Shown: positions 34,625 through 45,136 of the stretch, one piece after another
How the letters are laid out: every line of letters begins with the position of its first letter
Position numbering within the stretch: position 1 is the stretch's first letter
Assembly: GCA_937859595.1 (NCBI GenBank)
Contig: CALMAH010000038.1
Span: 59,119 to 123,118 of the forward strand
From: an uncultured Acidobacteriota bacterium
Lineage (GTDB): Bacteria > Acidobacteriota > Blastocatellia > Pyrinomonadales > Pyrinomonadaceae
Direction: 5' to 3'
DNA length: 64,000 bases
Program-made: the position numbers and the translations under genes
The notes under the pieces: model-generated
What the model saw: only the letters and a program-made list of their open reading frames with translations
Databases searched by the model: none
Told to the model about the DNA's origin: nothing

Positions 34625-36835
34625 TCATCTTCCCGCCGCACGGGCCCGGGGCCCGCCGACGATACGCATCTCGTCGAGTATCCAGCCGGCGTTGCCGACC
34701 TTTTCCGTTACAAACAGCACAAAACGGATATCCACGGAGATGGTGCGGTTCTTGTCGGGGTCGTAGTAAAAGTCGTTTCCGAGCCCCTCATAATTGCCGT
34801 CAAAACAGATGCCGACCTGTTCGCCGTTGGCGTTCATTATCGGGCTGCCGGAGTTTCCACCGATGATGTCGTTGGTCGAGATAAAGTTGACGACCACGCT
34901 GTCGCCTTCGCCAAAACGGCCAAAGTCGCGTGCCGCCTGGAGCCGTTTTAGGCTGTCCGGCATATCAAACGGGTTGATTCCGGTGTCCTTTTCGAACATT
35001 CCCTTTATGGTCGTAAACGGCGAGCGGTATTCGGCCTCGCGCGAGCTGTAGCCTTTGACATTGCCGTAGGAGAAGCGCTGGGTAAAATTTGCGTCCGGAT
35101 AGGGCGTGATGCCTTTCATCTCGGCCATGCCCTGTTCGTAGAGCAGACGGAGCCGGAATATCTGCGAGGCAAATTTCTGAGCACGCTGTTCGGCGGCCCG
35201 CCGCTCGGTAATAAAGGCGATCGCCAGCGAACGCGGGTCGTCGCGCTCGGGGCGGTATTCGGTCGTTTGCGGGCCGTAGAGAGCCATTATGGTGTCGATG
35301 TTCCAATAGTCGCCTTCCGCTATCCCGGCGGCAAACTTCTCTTCGGCCAGGCGGCGCTCGCGGCCCTCGAACTTGCCAAAGCGTTCCTCGGCCCAGGCAA
35401 ACTTCTGCCCCTCGGGGAGTTCCGCAAAGGCACGGAAAAAGTATTTAAGCATCTCGCGTTCGTAGATCGGCTCGCGGCCGGCAATCGCCTTTTCCACCTC
35501 TGCACGCTTTTCTTTTAGCTCATCATCGGAGAGAGGTTCGCTGCCCATTGTCTCGAGCGTGGCGAAGACGATCTGCGACATTATGGCCATCCCGGGTTCG
35601 GGGAAGCGGCGGATGACGACGTCGCGCTGGGCATAGCGGTTGGATTCGGCGGAGAGCTCGGCAAGTTCCTGCAATACGGTGCCGTATCTCTGCTGGCGGG
35701 CGGGGTTTGCGGCGACCCAGGATCTAAACCGTTCCTCCTCGGCAAGCCGCTTTTCCACCACCTGCGAACGACGCAGCCGCCACCGGCCGCCGTCATAGAC
35801 CGTTCTGGCGTTGTCGAAATTAGCGATGTCGGACTGCAGGGCGATCCGCTTTTCCTCATCTGTCTCGCTCACCAGCCGCAGCGCGTCCGCGCGTGCTGCC
35901 AGCCACGAAGCTAGAAAAGGGAAGTTGGCGTCGCGGGCGAACTCTATCGATTGCGATTCGCGATAGCGCGTGGTGCCGCCCGGATAGCCGAGCACGAAGA
36001 CAAAGTCGTTCTCTTTTAGGCCGCCGATGTTCATCGTGAGAAAGCGCTTCGGTTTGTAGGGAACGTTCGAGGCCGAATGTTCGGCCGTGCCGCCGTCCGG
36101 AGCCACGTATGCACGCAGGAAGGCAAAATCGCCCGTGTGGCGTGTCCATTGAAAGTTGTCCGGGTCGCCGCCAAAAACGCCGATGTTCCGCGGCGGGGCA
36201 TAGACCATCCGAATGTCTTTTATCTCACGTGTTTGATAGAGGTAATAGAAAAAGCCGTTGTTGAGCGTGTAGATACGAACGATGGAGTCGTCCCCCGCCT
36301 TTTCGTTCTCGGCCGCTTCCAGCTCTTTTATGCGCTCTGTGATCGCAGCTGAGCGCTCCTGGCCGTCGAGCTTTTCCATGCCCTGCAGCACGCGGGCTGT
36401 AACGTCCTCTATGCGTTCCGTTATGTTTATCGAAAACCCTTCGGCATGTATCTCGCCGCTGCGGTCGTCGGCCTTGAATCCGTCTTCCACAAGATCGAGC
36501 TCCGGCGAAGAGGCTGTTACCAAACCGTCTAGCACGCAGTGATGATTTGTCAATATCAGCCCGCTTGCGGAAACGAATTCGGCGGTACATCCGCCGCCGC
36601 CGGCCATGTTAAGCCGGATGACGGCCTCGGTCAGCCCGCCGCCGCGTGGGTTGTAGATATCTTCGGGCTTTATTTTCATTCCGCGCTTCTGCAGGCCGAG
36701 CGAAGCGATGCGGTCCGGTGTGAACATCCCTTCATCGCGTGCAAAGGCAGGTTGAAAGGCTGCGAAAACGATGGCAAATGCCAAAAGGAGCGAAGCGGAA
36801 AAGGATGGTTTTCTATACATAAATAATGTTCTCAT
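34625..36835 (-). CDS. S46-family dipeptidyl-peptidase (DPP7/DPP11-like)
   Basis: GGGCTAEFVSASGLILTNHHC (catalytic His) and GGNSGSP (catalytic Ser), with a signal peptide. Confidence 0.85.
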   Translation of the reverse strand: MRTLFMYRKPSFSASLLLAFAIVFAAFQPAFARDEGMFTPDRIASLGLQKRGMKIKPEDIYNPRGGGLTEAVIRLNMAGGGGCTAEFVSASGLILTNHHCVLDGLVTASSPELDLVEDGFKADDRSGEIHAEGFSINITERIEDVTARVLQGMEKLDGQERSAAITERIKELEAAENEKAGDDSIVRIYTLNNGFFYYLYQTREIKDIRMVYAPPRNIGVFGGDPDNFQWTRHTGDFAFLRAYVAPDGGTAEHSASNVPYKPKRFLTMNIGGLKENDFVFVLGYPGGTTRYRESQSIEFARDANFPFLASWLAARADALRLVSETDEEKRIALQSDIANFDNARTVYDGGRWRLRRSQVVEKRLAEEERFRSWVAANPARQQRYGTVLQELAELSAESNRYAQRDVVIRRFPEPGMAIMSQIVFATLETMGSEPLSDDELKEKRAEVEKAIAGREPIYEREMLKYFFRAFAELPEGQKFAWAEERFGKFEGRERRLAEEKFAAGIAEGDYWNIDTIMALYGPQTTEYRPERDDPRSLAIAFITERRAAEQRAQKFASQIFRLRLLYEQGMAEMKGITPYPDANFTQRFSYGNVKGYSSREAEYRSPFTTIKGMFEKDTGINPFDMPDSLKRLQAARDFGRFGEGDSVVVNFISTNDIIGGNSGSPIMNANGEQVGICFDGNYEGLGNDFYYDPDKNRTISVDIRFVLFVTEKVGNAGWILDEMRIVGGPRARAAGR

Positions 36836-36900
36836 GTGAGATGCTTTGATGCTCTCAAATGGCGAAAGTATAGCCCGTCATTGCCGGTTTCACCAGTCAG

Positions 36901-36934
36901 CAAAACAGGCGAGCAGCCTTTCGGCCGTCGCCTG
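36901..36934 (-). terminator. Terminator downstream of the M23 peptidase gene
   Basis: CAGGCGA..TCGCCTG stem followed by TTTTG on the minus strand. Confidence 0.45.
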
Positions 36935-36957
36935 CGGTGATACGTTCTAAGTTTTCT

Positions 36958-37767
36958 TTAATTTCTTGCGATCTCGAGCGGTTCCGGCGGCAGAAAACGT
37001 CGCGGATTTATCGGACGGTCATTTAACCTGAGTTCGTAATGAAGATGCGGGCCTGTCGAGCGGCCTGTAGAGCCGACATAGCCGATCAATTGCCCGCGAG
37101 AGACGGTGTCGCCAACGGCCGCCTCGACCTTTGACATATGCCCGTAGCGGGTCGTTAGTCCGTTGCCGTGGTCTATCTCGACCATGTTGCCGTAGCCGCC
37201 CTGCCAGCCGGCCTTTATTATCTTGCCGGCCGCGGGAGCGATGATCGTGTCGCCACGCTCGCCGTTTATGTCCATTCCGGCATGAAATTCATACGTGCGG
37301 CCGCCAAATGGATTTCGACGAAAACCGAATTCGTTGTTGATCTTGCCGATATGGGCCCAGATGTTCGGGATATATGCCGGATCGCTGGTGGTCTCTATGA
37401 TGCGGAGTTGATTTTCGATCTCGCTATCTTCTGAGGATATCTCGGACAGCATCGGGCCGCCCGCGTTCTGTGCCATCTCGCTAGAGGCACGCGGCCGTGA
37501 ATAGTTAAATGCGACGGGCTTTGTCGAAATAGACTGTGTGATCTGGGGTACGTTCTTTGGTTCTATGCCGGCGAGGGTGTGTGTTTCGTTTGATGAAAAT
37601 AAGATCCCGTATAAACCAGTTCCGAATGTTGATAGGCCCAATACGATTGCGATGCTCAATAAACCGTTCTGTACAAGTCGTTTCGAGATCTGTACTCGGC
37701 GAATATAAATTCCTGTCCTTTTTGGTATTGATATATTAAATGTAAAGTGCTTTGCGTCTTTCTGCAT
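36958..37767 (-). CDS. M23/LytM-family metallopeptidase
   Basis: HAGMDI and GSTGRSTGPHLHYEL motifs with an N-terminal TM anchor. ATG at 37767 is preferred over TTG at 37836. Confidence 0.8.
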   Translation of the reverse strand: MQKDAKHFTFNISIPKRTGIYIRRVQISKRLVQNGLLSIAIVLGLSTFGTGLYGILFSSNETHTLAGIEPKNVPQITQSISTKPVAFNYSRPRASSEMAQNAGGPMLSEISSEDSEIENQLRIIETTSDPAYIPNIWAHIGKINNEFGFRRNPFGGRTYEFHAGMDINGERGDTIIAPAAGKIIKAGWQGGYGNMVEIDHGNGLTTRYGHMSKVEAAVGDTVSRGQLIGYVGSTGRSTGPHLHYELRLNDRPINPRRFLPPEPLEIARN

Positions 37768-38031
37768 TATGCCTTTAAGCCCCTTTTGTTGATCTCGTAT
37801 CGGGAATCCATCGTCCCGATATGCGGAATCACGCAAGAATAGCCGCGAGCGACTAACGCGAAACCTGGGTACTGCTTACTGCTGTTTGGGCCCGTGTCGA
37901 AGTGGACATACAGGGTGCCACGGGCAAGAAACTAATATAATAGAGTTGATGATAAACATTAGGCAGGGCAAAGGCAAGCGGGGTCGAGCCTTCTAACGCT
38001 TCTCAGTATATTACAAAAATACCGCCGAAGC

Positions 38032-38244
38032 CTAGTCGCTGGAGCGCTTTCTGTCGTTCATGCTCCTTAGGATGAGGAACCCTACGCCGCCGATAACGGC
38101 AATGAACAAGAGAACGATCGCGATCTTGAATGCGAAGGTAAGAAATCCTATGAAGGCAATTAGCTGTTTGAGGAACGCGATCGCCAAGGCGATCAGTACC
38201 ATTATACTTCCCACCAGGCTTGAGGCCTTTAACCAAAACGGCAT
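38032..38244 (-). CDS. Small two-TM membrane protein
   Basis: 70-aa hydrophobic ORF at the end of the ECF sigma operon. Confidence 0.4.
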   Translation of the reverse strand: MPFWLKASSLVGSIMVLIALAIAFLKQLIAFIGFLTFAFKIAIVLLFIAVIGGVGFLILRSMNDRKRSSD

Positions 38245-38325
38245 AACAAAAACTCCTTGAAAAACTGTCTTTCTTCCTGACAGTCCCGATTAAACCTTAA
38301 TATGGCGGCCACCGGCATTGCAAGC

Positions 38326-39087
38326 TCAACGGTCGCGCCAGGAACCGCGTTCCCTGCCGAAATCTCCTGTGTTCCGTGCCGAATAACTGTCGTTCGGGCC
38401 GGACGTTTCACTTCTGGCCGACACAAAGAGTGGGGCAGGCCGGACGGTGTCAAAATTCGATCCTGGCCTGTCGCCGGTCTTAAAGATGTAGTCGCGGAGA
38501 ATGTAGATGCCCAGGCCGATCAGAAGTGCAGGTACGAGCCCACGCATAATGTCGCGTATCGGCAAGAAACTTTGCAGTATAAATGCCCCGCCAAGCACTG
38601 TCAGAACGATCCCCCACAGCTTTGGATTGCCGGCAAATCTTTTTACGAAGATATCCTCGGCCACGTCGGGGGTCAGACCGGAGCGTATCATTTGGGCCGT
38701 TCGCCAGGCATCGAGCGCAGAAAAGAACCACATTCCTATGAAACCGAAGACGAAAAGAGGAGCCCCGCCGGTTAGCACGGCCATCTGAAAAAGCCCGACG
38801 AAAACGGCAAAATAGACCAATGCCTTAACGGTTTGTCCGTTGTACGCCGCACCAAGCCCAGGCAGGATCATCGAAAGGATCGTCGCAAAAAACGGCGAAG
38901 TTCGTTTTTTGACGAAGGGGACATAATCGCTCTGATTATGCTGCCGGAGATAGTCGATGCCTTGAACAATACAGTCCTGACAATAGGGGAAGCCCTTGAT
39001 CCGATGGTCGCACGCCGGGCACAGCGCCCGCCCGCATCCGTTACACTGAACGACAGCGACATTATGACTGTGATAAGCACAATTCAT
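38326..39087 (-). CDS. Membrane protein with an N-terminal B-box/zinc-ribbon motif
   Basis: CAYHSHNVAVVQCNGCGRALCPACDH..CQDC, followed by several TM helices. It starts 2 nt after the anti-sigma stop. Confidence 0.6.
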   Translation of the reverse strand: MNCAYHSHNVAVVQCNGCGRALCPACDHRIKGFPYCQDCIVQGIDYLRQHNQSDYVPFVKKRTSPFFATILSMILPGLGAAYNGQTVKALVYFAVFVGLFQMAVLTGGAPLFVFGFIGMWFFSALDAWRTAQMIRSGLTPDVAEDIFVKRFAGNPKLWGIVLTVLGGAFILQSFLPIRDIMRGLVPALLIGLGIYILRDYIFKTGDRPGSNFDTVRPAPLFVSARSETSGPNDSYSARNTGDFGRERGSWRDR

Positions 39088-39089
39088 TA

Positions 39090-39827
39090 TCAATCCTCTA
39101 CAGCGGACGGCCTTGCGGTTCCAAATGCTTCCGCGCTCTGCCGATAGGTTTGCTCCGCAACGTGAAACGTCTTTGCGTAAATGTCGGTTAACGAGCCATC
39201 AGTCGATACGGACTGGCTGATGAAAAGGAATGCGAACATCGCCATCATAGCAACAGGGGCAAGCTGGGGAACCGAGATCGGCACTCTCAGGCCACGGAAC
39301 CACTCGGCAATCCTTGCGTTCCATGAAGGCTGAACCGCCGTCACTCCCAACGTTCCAATGGTCTGCTGCAAAATACGCTCGTTCAATCCCTGCGGTACCG
39401 GCAACTCATCCAGTTTCATCGAGACTATTGCCGCCAACGATCTGACAACAGTGCCCGGAAGATCGGAGCATTCGCCGCAAAGCGCCGCATGGCGTTCCCA
39501 ACGGTGGAATACGTTGGCCGGCAAAAACCCGTCGAGATAATCTGTTAAATGCTCTTCAAACTCTACACAACCCAGCCCGGCTTCGGGCAGTGTGCTTGCG
39601 AGTATCTTTGCCTCAAGCCGCGTAAGCTGCGGATCCGATTCAGAGATCGTCTGGCAGATAGAGATGGATTGCTTTACGTCATTCAGAAGCGAATGGCACA
39701 ACGGGCATTCTATAGCATGGGTCGCCGCTGCCCGGTTCTTGATGGGATCAAGAGCTTTCTCAAGGTAGTCCGAGAGGGAGTCCTCGAAGTCACCGCAGCT
39801 CATGATTGTTAAATTTCGATCCGACAT
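39090..39827 (-). CDS. Anti-sigma factor with two zf-HC2-like motifs and one TM segment
   Basis: CGDFEDSLSDYLE...H..ECPLCH and CVEFEEHLTDYLDG...H..CGEC, with a TM segment near the C-terminus. It lies directly downstream of the ECF sigma gene. Confidence 0.65.
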   Translation of the reverse strand: MSDRNLTIMSCGDFEDSLSDYLEKALDPIKNRAAATHAIECPLCHSLLNDVKQSISICQTISESDPQLTRLEAKILASTLPEAGLGCVEFEEHLTDYLDGFLPANVFHRWERHAALCGECSDLPGTVVRSLAAIVSMKLDELPVPQGLNERILQQTIGTLGVTAVQPSWNARIAEWFRGLRVPISVPQLAPVAMMAMFAFLFISQSVSTDGSLTDIYAKTFHVAEQTYRQSAEAFGTARPSAVED

Positions 39828-39891
39828 TTCAACCTTTACTTGATCTGTGACGCGTAAATATGAGTGCTTTTGCACGTCCGGTATCGTTCGC

Positions 39892-40485
39892 CTAAACGGT
39901 CACAACTCTCATTCTCCGCAAGATCTTTGCCAATTCAATTCTCCCGCGGTTTATCCGCGACTTAACGGTTCCCTCAGGTATCTGCAATACATCAACTATT
40001 TCCTGATAGCTCAATTCTTCGATGTCGCGAAGAATGACACATGTTTTTAGATCCGGAGGCAACTTATCGATCCCTTGCTGAACCTGAACTGCCAATTCCC
40101 GGCGTTCAAGCTGTTTGTGGGCCGAATTCCCGACAGCACGCAAATGATACTGATGGTCGTCAACAGCGTCTGCCATAGAATTCTGCGGATTTCGCTGCCT
40201 GTGCCGGTAGTCATCAATTATCAAATTGCGGGCCAGCCGCATCAACCAATTCGACAAGTCCCCCTGTTTCGGATCATATTGATCCAGCGTCCTGTAGATA
40301 CGGATAAAGACCTCCTGAGTAAGGTCTTCTGCCGCATCCGGATTAGATGTGAACCTATACGCCAGATTAAATATCTTCCGCGAATAGGCCGTAACTATCT
40401 CCTCCCACGCGACCCCGTCACCTGAGCGGGCCCGGCGGACAAGTTCTACACCGTCGAAATTTGTAGCTGCTTTTATCGCTTCCAA
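39892..40485 (-). CDS. ECF-type RNA polymerase sigma factor
   Basis: Region 2 (DLTQEVFIRIY) and region 4 (LSYQEIVDVLQIPEGTVKSRINRGR). TTG start. Confidence 0.85.
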   Translation of the reverse strand: MEAIKAATNFDGVELVRRARSGDGVAWEEIVTAYSRKIFNLAYRFTSNPDAAEDLTQEVFIRIYRTLDQYDPKQGDLSNWLMRLARNLIIDDYRHRQRNPQNSMADAVDDHQYHLRAVGNSAHKQLERRELAVQVQQGIDKLPPDLKTCVILRDIEELSYQEIVDVLQIPEGTVKSRINRGRIELAKILRRMRVVTV

Positions 40486-40560
40486 ATGCTTGTCTCCGAG
40501 ATCGAGTAACCGCCATTCGGCGGCCGAAGCCCATCAAAGCCCGCCTTGTCAAAGATTTCC

Positions 40561-40586
40561 TACGAAATCCGCCGCTGGCAGGTTCC
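40561..40586 (-). promoter_or_regulatory. Candidate ECF-type promoter (GGAAC-N17-CGTA) upstream of the sigma gene
   Basis: The minus strand reads GGAACctgccagcggcggatttCGTA, about 75 nt upstream of the sigma start. Confidence 0.35.
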
Positions 40587-40694
40587 ATAAATAACTCAAC
40601 TATCGGCAGAATGACTTCACCCTATTGACGATTTCATCACAGAATCTTTACTTTTCCGAATTTAGCTCGAAAAAATCTTCGTTTTGTCTCTTTT

Positions 40695-41885
40695 TTGGCA
40701 ACTATTGGGAATAATACGTGCTTTTGCCATATTACCGAATGGATTCACGCGTTCGATTCAGGTAAATTATCATTTTTGCTAAAAACAGCAGGAGCCGGCA
40801 TCAATAATTTGTCCAAGCAGTTAAAATTTGTGGTCCTTGCGATCATCGCGGTGCTGATACTTTGGTACTTCGGCAAGGATCTCGATTGGCAGGAGGTTCG
40901 CGGGAGTCTTCGGCGCGCCGATCCTTATTATCTTGCGCTTTCCGTGTTCGTCATCTGTGCCGGATATTTCCTGCGGGCGATACGCTGGAAAGTCCTCCTG
41001 AAGCCGATCACGGAATCCAGCCTGAAGGAACTCTTCGCGACCACAACGGTCGGTTTCTCGGCCATTTTTCTTATAGGGCGGGCGGGCGAGATCGTTAGGC
41101 CGATGTGGCTGCCGATGCGAGACCGCCGTGTCAGGCCCTCGGCTGCACTCGTCACGCTGGGCCTGGAACGAATATTTGATCTTGCAGCGCTGGTTCTCCT
41201 TTTCTCCCTTAATCTTCTTTGGTTCGCGGTTCCACCTGGAAGAGAGGCCGAGTTCGACTATGTATTTATTGTCGGGTACCTGATGCTTGGTGGCGTGATC
41301 CTGGGTTTTGTATTTCTCTATTTTTATCAAATGTATGCCGGAAAGTTCATCTCCCTTGCGATGCGGGCTACCGATCGTAAATGGGTGCCGGACAAATTTC
41401 GGCGGATAATTCTAAGCATCCTGAAACAGTTGGCCGCAGCACTTGCCATATTGAAGGACTGGCGCGAAACCGCCCTGGTATCGTTTTGGACCCTGACGCT
41501 TTGGCTGGCGATCTCGCTGCCGACATGGTTCGTCATACTTGCGTTTGATATCCCGATCACTTTCAGCGATTCGCTTTTCATCATGGGATTTGCCGTTGTC
41601 AGTTCCGTGGTGCCGACTCCGGGCGGGGCGGCAGGGGCATTTCACACGGCGACCGCCGGGAGTATTCTATTCTTGATGCCGGGTATCCGCACAGAAGATG
41701 CGGCGGCGGTCTCGATCGCATTACATCTGGTCTACTTTGCCCCCGCGCTGGTTTTCGGCTTATATTACTTTATCCACGGTGATATCAGCATTGAACGGTT
41801 TCGAAGCCTGCTGTCAAGTGAACACGCGGTCGAGGAAATTGAATCTGAAGCACCGGACAACGGCAAACTCCCGATCGCCGAATAA
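40695..41885 (+). CDS. Flippase-like membrane protein (UPF0104 / LPG-synthase TM-domain family)
   Basis: Multi-TM protein with LRAIRWKVLL and GRAGEIVRP motifs. The start is uncertain: TTG at 40695, with a possible later TTG/GTG. Confidence 0.7.
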   Translation: MATIGNNTCFCHITEWIHAFDSGKLSFLLKTAGAGINNLSKQLKFVVLAIIAVLILWYFGKDLDWQEVRGSLRRADPYYLALSVFVICAGYFLRAIRWKVLLKPITESSLKELFATTTVGFSAIFLIGRAGEIVRPMWLPMRDRRVRPSAALVTLGLERIFDLAALVLLFSLNLLWFAVPPGREAEFDYVFIVGYLMLGGVILGFVFLYFYQMYAGKFISLAMRATDRKWVPDKFRRIILSILKQLAAALAILKDWRETALVSFWTLTLWLAISLPTWFVILAFDIPITFSDSLFIMGFAVVSSVVPTPGGAAGAFHTATAGSILFLMPGIRTEDAAAVSIALHLVYFAPALVFGLYYFIHGDISIERFRSLLSSEHAVEEIESEAPDNGKLPIAE

Positions 41886-41888
41886 ATT

Positions 41889-42386
41889 ATGCGTTGCCCA
41901 TTCTGCGGACATCTGGAAGATAAGGTAGTTGATTCTCGCGAAGCAAAGGACGGCGATTCCATCCGGCGGCGTCGTGAGTGCATAGGCTGCGGCCGAAGAT
42001 TCACTTCGTACGAAAGGATCGACCAGATCCCATACATGGTCGTCAAGAAAGATGGTAAACGAGAAAATTTCGACCGAAACAAAATAATGTCGGGGCTGTT
42101 GCGCGCCTGTGAAAAGCGCCCGATCTCGACGGGCCAGCTTGAAGCGATAGTTGACGACGCTGAACGTAAACTCCAGGATTCGCTCGATCGCGAGATACCT
42201 ACAAGCGAGATCGGTAAATTGATAATGCGGCGGCTTAAAGCGTTGGACAAGGTCGCATACGTACGATTTGCTTCCGTTTATCTCGAATTCGAGGATGTGT
42301 CCGCGTTTATGACCGAGCTAAAAGACCTGGTCCGTTCTCGCGAAACCACCCCGCAAACAAACGCAAAGAAGAAGAAAAAGAAGTGA
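41889..42386 (+). CDS. nrdR: Transcriptional repressor NrdR
   Basis: [17 protein letters not shown] zinc ribbon plus an ATP-cone. Confidence 0.9.
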   Translation: MRCPFCGHLEDKVVDSREAKDGDSIRRRRECIGCGRRFTSYERIDQIPYMVVKKDGKRENFDRNKIMSGLLRACEKRPISTGQLEAIVDDAERKLQDSLDREIPTSEIGKLIMRRLKALDKVAYVRFASVYLEFEDVSAFMTELKDLVRSRETTPQTNAKKKKKK

Positions 42387-42478
42387 ACGGGATTCTCTCG
42401 TGTTGTGGGCTAGACTCCTAATCATGGGATTAGGCGCTTCTTTGCTCTTTGGCCGCATAATCCGTAACATCTTTATTT

Positions 42479-44899
42479 ATGGTTGAGATCGAAGATTTCC
42501 CGATTTCGCTCGGTGGCGGTGAGATCGTAGAGCCGATGATGCACATACCATCGGTGCTCCCTGCGCTCCCCTTGAGAGATATTGTCATCTATCCCTTTAT
42601 GATCGTTCCGCTTTTTGTTTCGCGGGACAAGTCGATAAGGGCGGTTGAGGAAGCATTAAAAGACAATCGAATGATAGTCCTTGTTTCGCAAAAGGATGTG
42701 AATAAGGAAGATCCCGCACAGGAAGATCTGTATCAGGTCGGGACCGTTGCGATAATCATGCGGATGTTGAAGCTCCCTGACGGCCGCATACGGATACTAA
42801 TTCAGGGGCTCTCGCGGACGCAGATCGATTCGATAGATTCGTCGGGAGATCATGTAAAGGCCGAGATCACTCCTGTTTCCGAACCGCTGGCTCCGGAGAA
42901 TTCGCTTGAGGTCGAAGCCCTCATCCGAAACGTGCGCGGTTCGATGGAACGGGCGGCGAGCATGGGTAAGAACATTTCGCCCGAGGTTCTCGCTATAATC
43001 GCCAATCTTGACGATGCGGGACGGCTCGCTGACCTTTCGGCCTCTAATCTGGAACTCAAGGTTGAGGACGCCCAGAGTGTCCTCGACATTGCAGACCCGG
43101 TCTTGCGCCTCCGAAGGGTCAACGACCTGCTCAGCAAGGAACTGGACGTGTTGGTGGTCCAACAAGAGATCAACACCCAGGCAAGAGCGGACATTGACCG
43201 TTCACAGCGGGAGTATTTCCTTCGCCAGCAGCTAAAGGCTATACAGTCCGAACTCGGCGAGGGCAATGAACTCTTCGAAGAAGTGGAGCAATATCGCGAG
43301 AAGATCCTCAAGGCAAAGATGCCGGAAAATGCCGAGGAAGAAGCACTCCGCCAGTTAAAGAAGCTCGAACGGATGCACCCGGACACCGCAGAAACGGCAA
43401 CGCTTCGCAACTGGCTGGACATCATGACCGAATTGCCCTGGTCAAAACAGTCAAAGGATAATCTAAACCTTAGTAAGGCCGAGCGAATACTTGACGAAGA
43501 CCATTATGGACTCGAGCGGGTAAAGGAACGCATCGTTGAGGCTCTCGCCGTAAGAAAGCTAATGGAAAAGCCGAAGGGTTCGATACTTTGCCTCGTCGGC
43601 CCACCCGGTGTCGGCAAGACGTCGCTTGGACGTTCGGTTGCTCGTGCATTGAACAGAAAGTTCGTTCGGCTAAGCCTTGGCGGGCTTCACGACGAAGCCG
43701 AGATACGCGGCCATCGGCGGACATATGTCGGGGCCATGCCCGGCCGCATAGTTCAGGCGATCCAGCAGGCAAAGACAAACAACCCGTTGATAATGCTCGA
43801 TGAGATCGACAAGGTAGGCGCTGATTTTCGTGGCGACCCATCGAGCGCTTTGCTGGAGGTGCTTGATCCGGAACAGAACGGTTCGTTTCGGGACAATTAC
43901 CTGAACGTACCGTTCGATCTCTCGAACGTTATGTTCATGACCACGGCAAACGTTTTGGACACGATCCAACCGGCGTTACGCGACCGGATGGAGGTCATCC
44001 AACTCGCGGGTTACACAGAGGGCGAGAAACTGGAGATCGCAAGACGCCACTTGATCCCAAAGCAAATAGAAGAAAATGGGCTTGTACGAGCGGACGTGAA
44101 GATTGATAAGAAGGCTATCGGGCTGGCGATCAGCGAATATACCCGCGAGGCCGGGCTTCGGCAGTTGGAGCGTGAGATAGGGAAAATATGCCGCAAGGTA
44201 GCCCGCCGAAAGGCTGAGGACGGTGACGATTTCACGCCCGTCCGCGTAACAGCAGAAAATCTGAAGGAATTTCTGAGGACGCCGCGGATCTTTTCCGAAG
44301 GAGCCTTAAAGAAAGACCAGATAGGAACCGTTACCGGCCTTGCCTGGACAGCCGTGGGCGGCGACATACTCTTCATAGAGGCGCTGAAGACAAAAGGGAA
44401 GGGCAAACTAGTGCTAACCGGACAGTTGGGAGAGGTGATGCAGGAGTCGGCCCAGGCCGCGTACACCTACGCAAAGGCCAGAGCGGGCGAACTCGGCATT
44501 GCCGACGGCGTTTTCGAGGAATTCGATATCCACATTCATCTACCTGAGGGAGCAATTCCAAAGGATGGGCCTAGTGCGGGCATTGGTATGGCGACAGCTA
44601 TGGTGTCTGTGTTGGCACAGCGTCCCATCAGAAAGGATGTGGCTATGACCGGCGAGATCACGCTTAGGGGCAACGTGTTGCCGATCGGCGGAGTCAAAGA
44701 AAAATTGCTCGCGGCCCGCCGGGCAAAGATAAAAACGGTGATCCTCCCTGAACCGAACCGGCGCGATCTTGAAGAGATGAGCGAAGAAGTGCTCAAGGGC
44801 CTCTCATTTGTCTTTGTAGAAAATGTCCATGAGGTTCTTGCGGCCGCACTGCGGGAAGGAAAACAAAAGCGGGTTGCAGAGGGGGCCCGACCGGGCTAG
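42479..44899 (+). CDS. lon: ATP-dependent Lon protease
   Basis: LON N-domain, GPPGVGKTS Walker A, and PKDGPSAG protease Ser motif. Confidence 0.95.
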   Translation: MVEIEDFPISLGGGEIVEPMMHIPSVLPALPLRDIVIYPFMIVPLFVSRDKSIRAVEEALKDNRMIVLVSQKDVNKEDPAQEDLYQVGTVAIIMRMLKLPDGRIRILIQGLSRTQIDSIDSSGDHVKAEITPVSEPLAPENSLEVEALIRNVRGSMERAASMGKNISPEVLAIIANLDDAGRLADLSASNLELKVEDAQSVLDIADPVLRLRRVNDLLSKELDVLVVQQEINTQARADIDRSQREYFLRQQLKAIQSELGEGNELFEEVEQYREKILKAKMPENAEEEALRQLKKLERMHPDTAETATLRNWLDIMTELPWSKQSKDNLNLSKAERILDEDHYGLERVKERIVEALAVRKLMEKPKGSILCLVGPPGVGKTSLGRSVARALNRKFVRLSLGGLHDEAEIRGHRRTYVGAMPGRIVQAIQQAKTNNPLIMLDEIDKVGADFRGDPSSALLEVLDPEQNGSFRDNYLNVPFDLSNVMFMTTANVLDTIQPALRDRMEVIQLAGYTEGEKLEIARRHLIPKQIEENGLVRADVKIDKKAIGLAISEYTREAGLRQLEREIGKICRKVARRKAEDGDDFTPVRVTAENLKEFLRTPRIFSEGALKKDQIGTVTGLAWTAVGGDILFIEALKTKGKGKLVLTGQLGEVMQESAQAAYTYAKARAGELGIADGVFEEFDIHIHLPEGAIPKDGPSAGIGMATAMVSVLAQRPIRKDVAMTGEITLRGNVLPIGGVKEKLLAARRAKIKTVILPEPNRRDLEEMSEEVLKGLSFVFVENVHEVLAAALREGKQKRVAEGARPG

Positions 44900-45013
44900 T
44901 CGACGTGCTGCAATAGCCTGGATCGTCCAGCCAACCCCGACATTTTGGCCCCTAAATTACGTTGACCGCAGGCGGCCGTTATGTTACTTTCGAGGTGGTT
45001 TGCCTTTTGTAAA

Positions 45014-45027
45014 CCAATGGCCATTGG
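45014..45027. promoter_or_regulatory. Perfect 14-bp palindrome CCAATGGCCATTGG upstream of the transglycosylase gene
   Basis: Read directly from the sequence, 110 nt upstream of the ATG at 45137. Confidence 0.2.
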
Positions 45028-45136
45028 AACTTTATTTGCCTGACGGCGTTAGCTAATTGCAAGCGACCGCACTTGGATACCGAGGTCTAAGGCCAAACAG
45101 AAGGTCGCCCCAAAAAGAAACAGTAGAATAAGTTTA

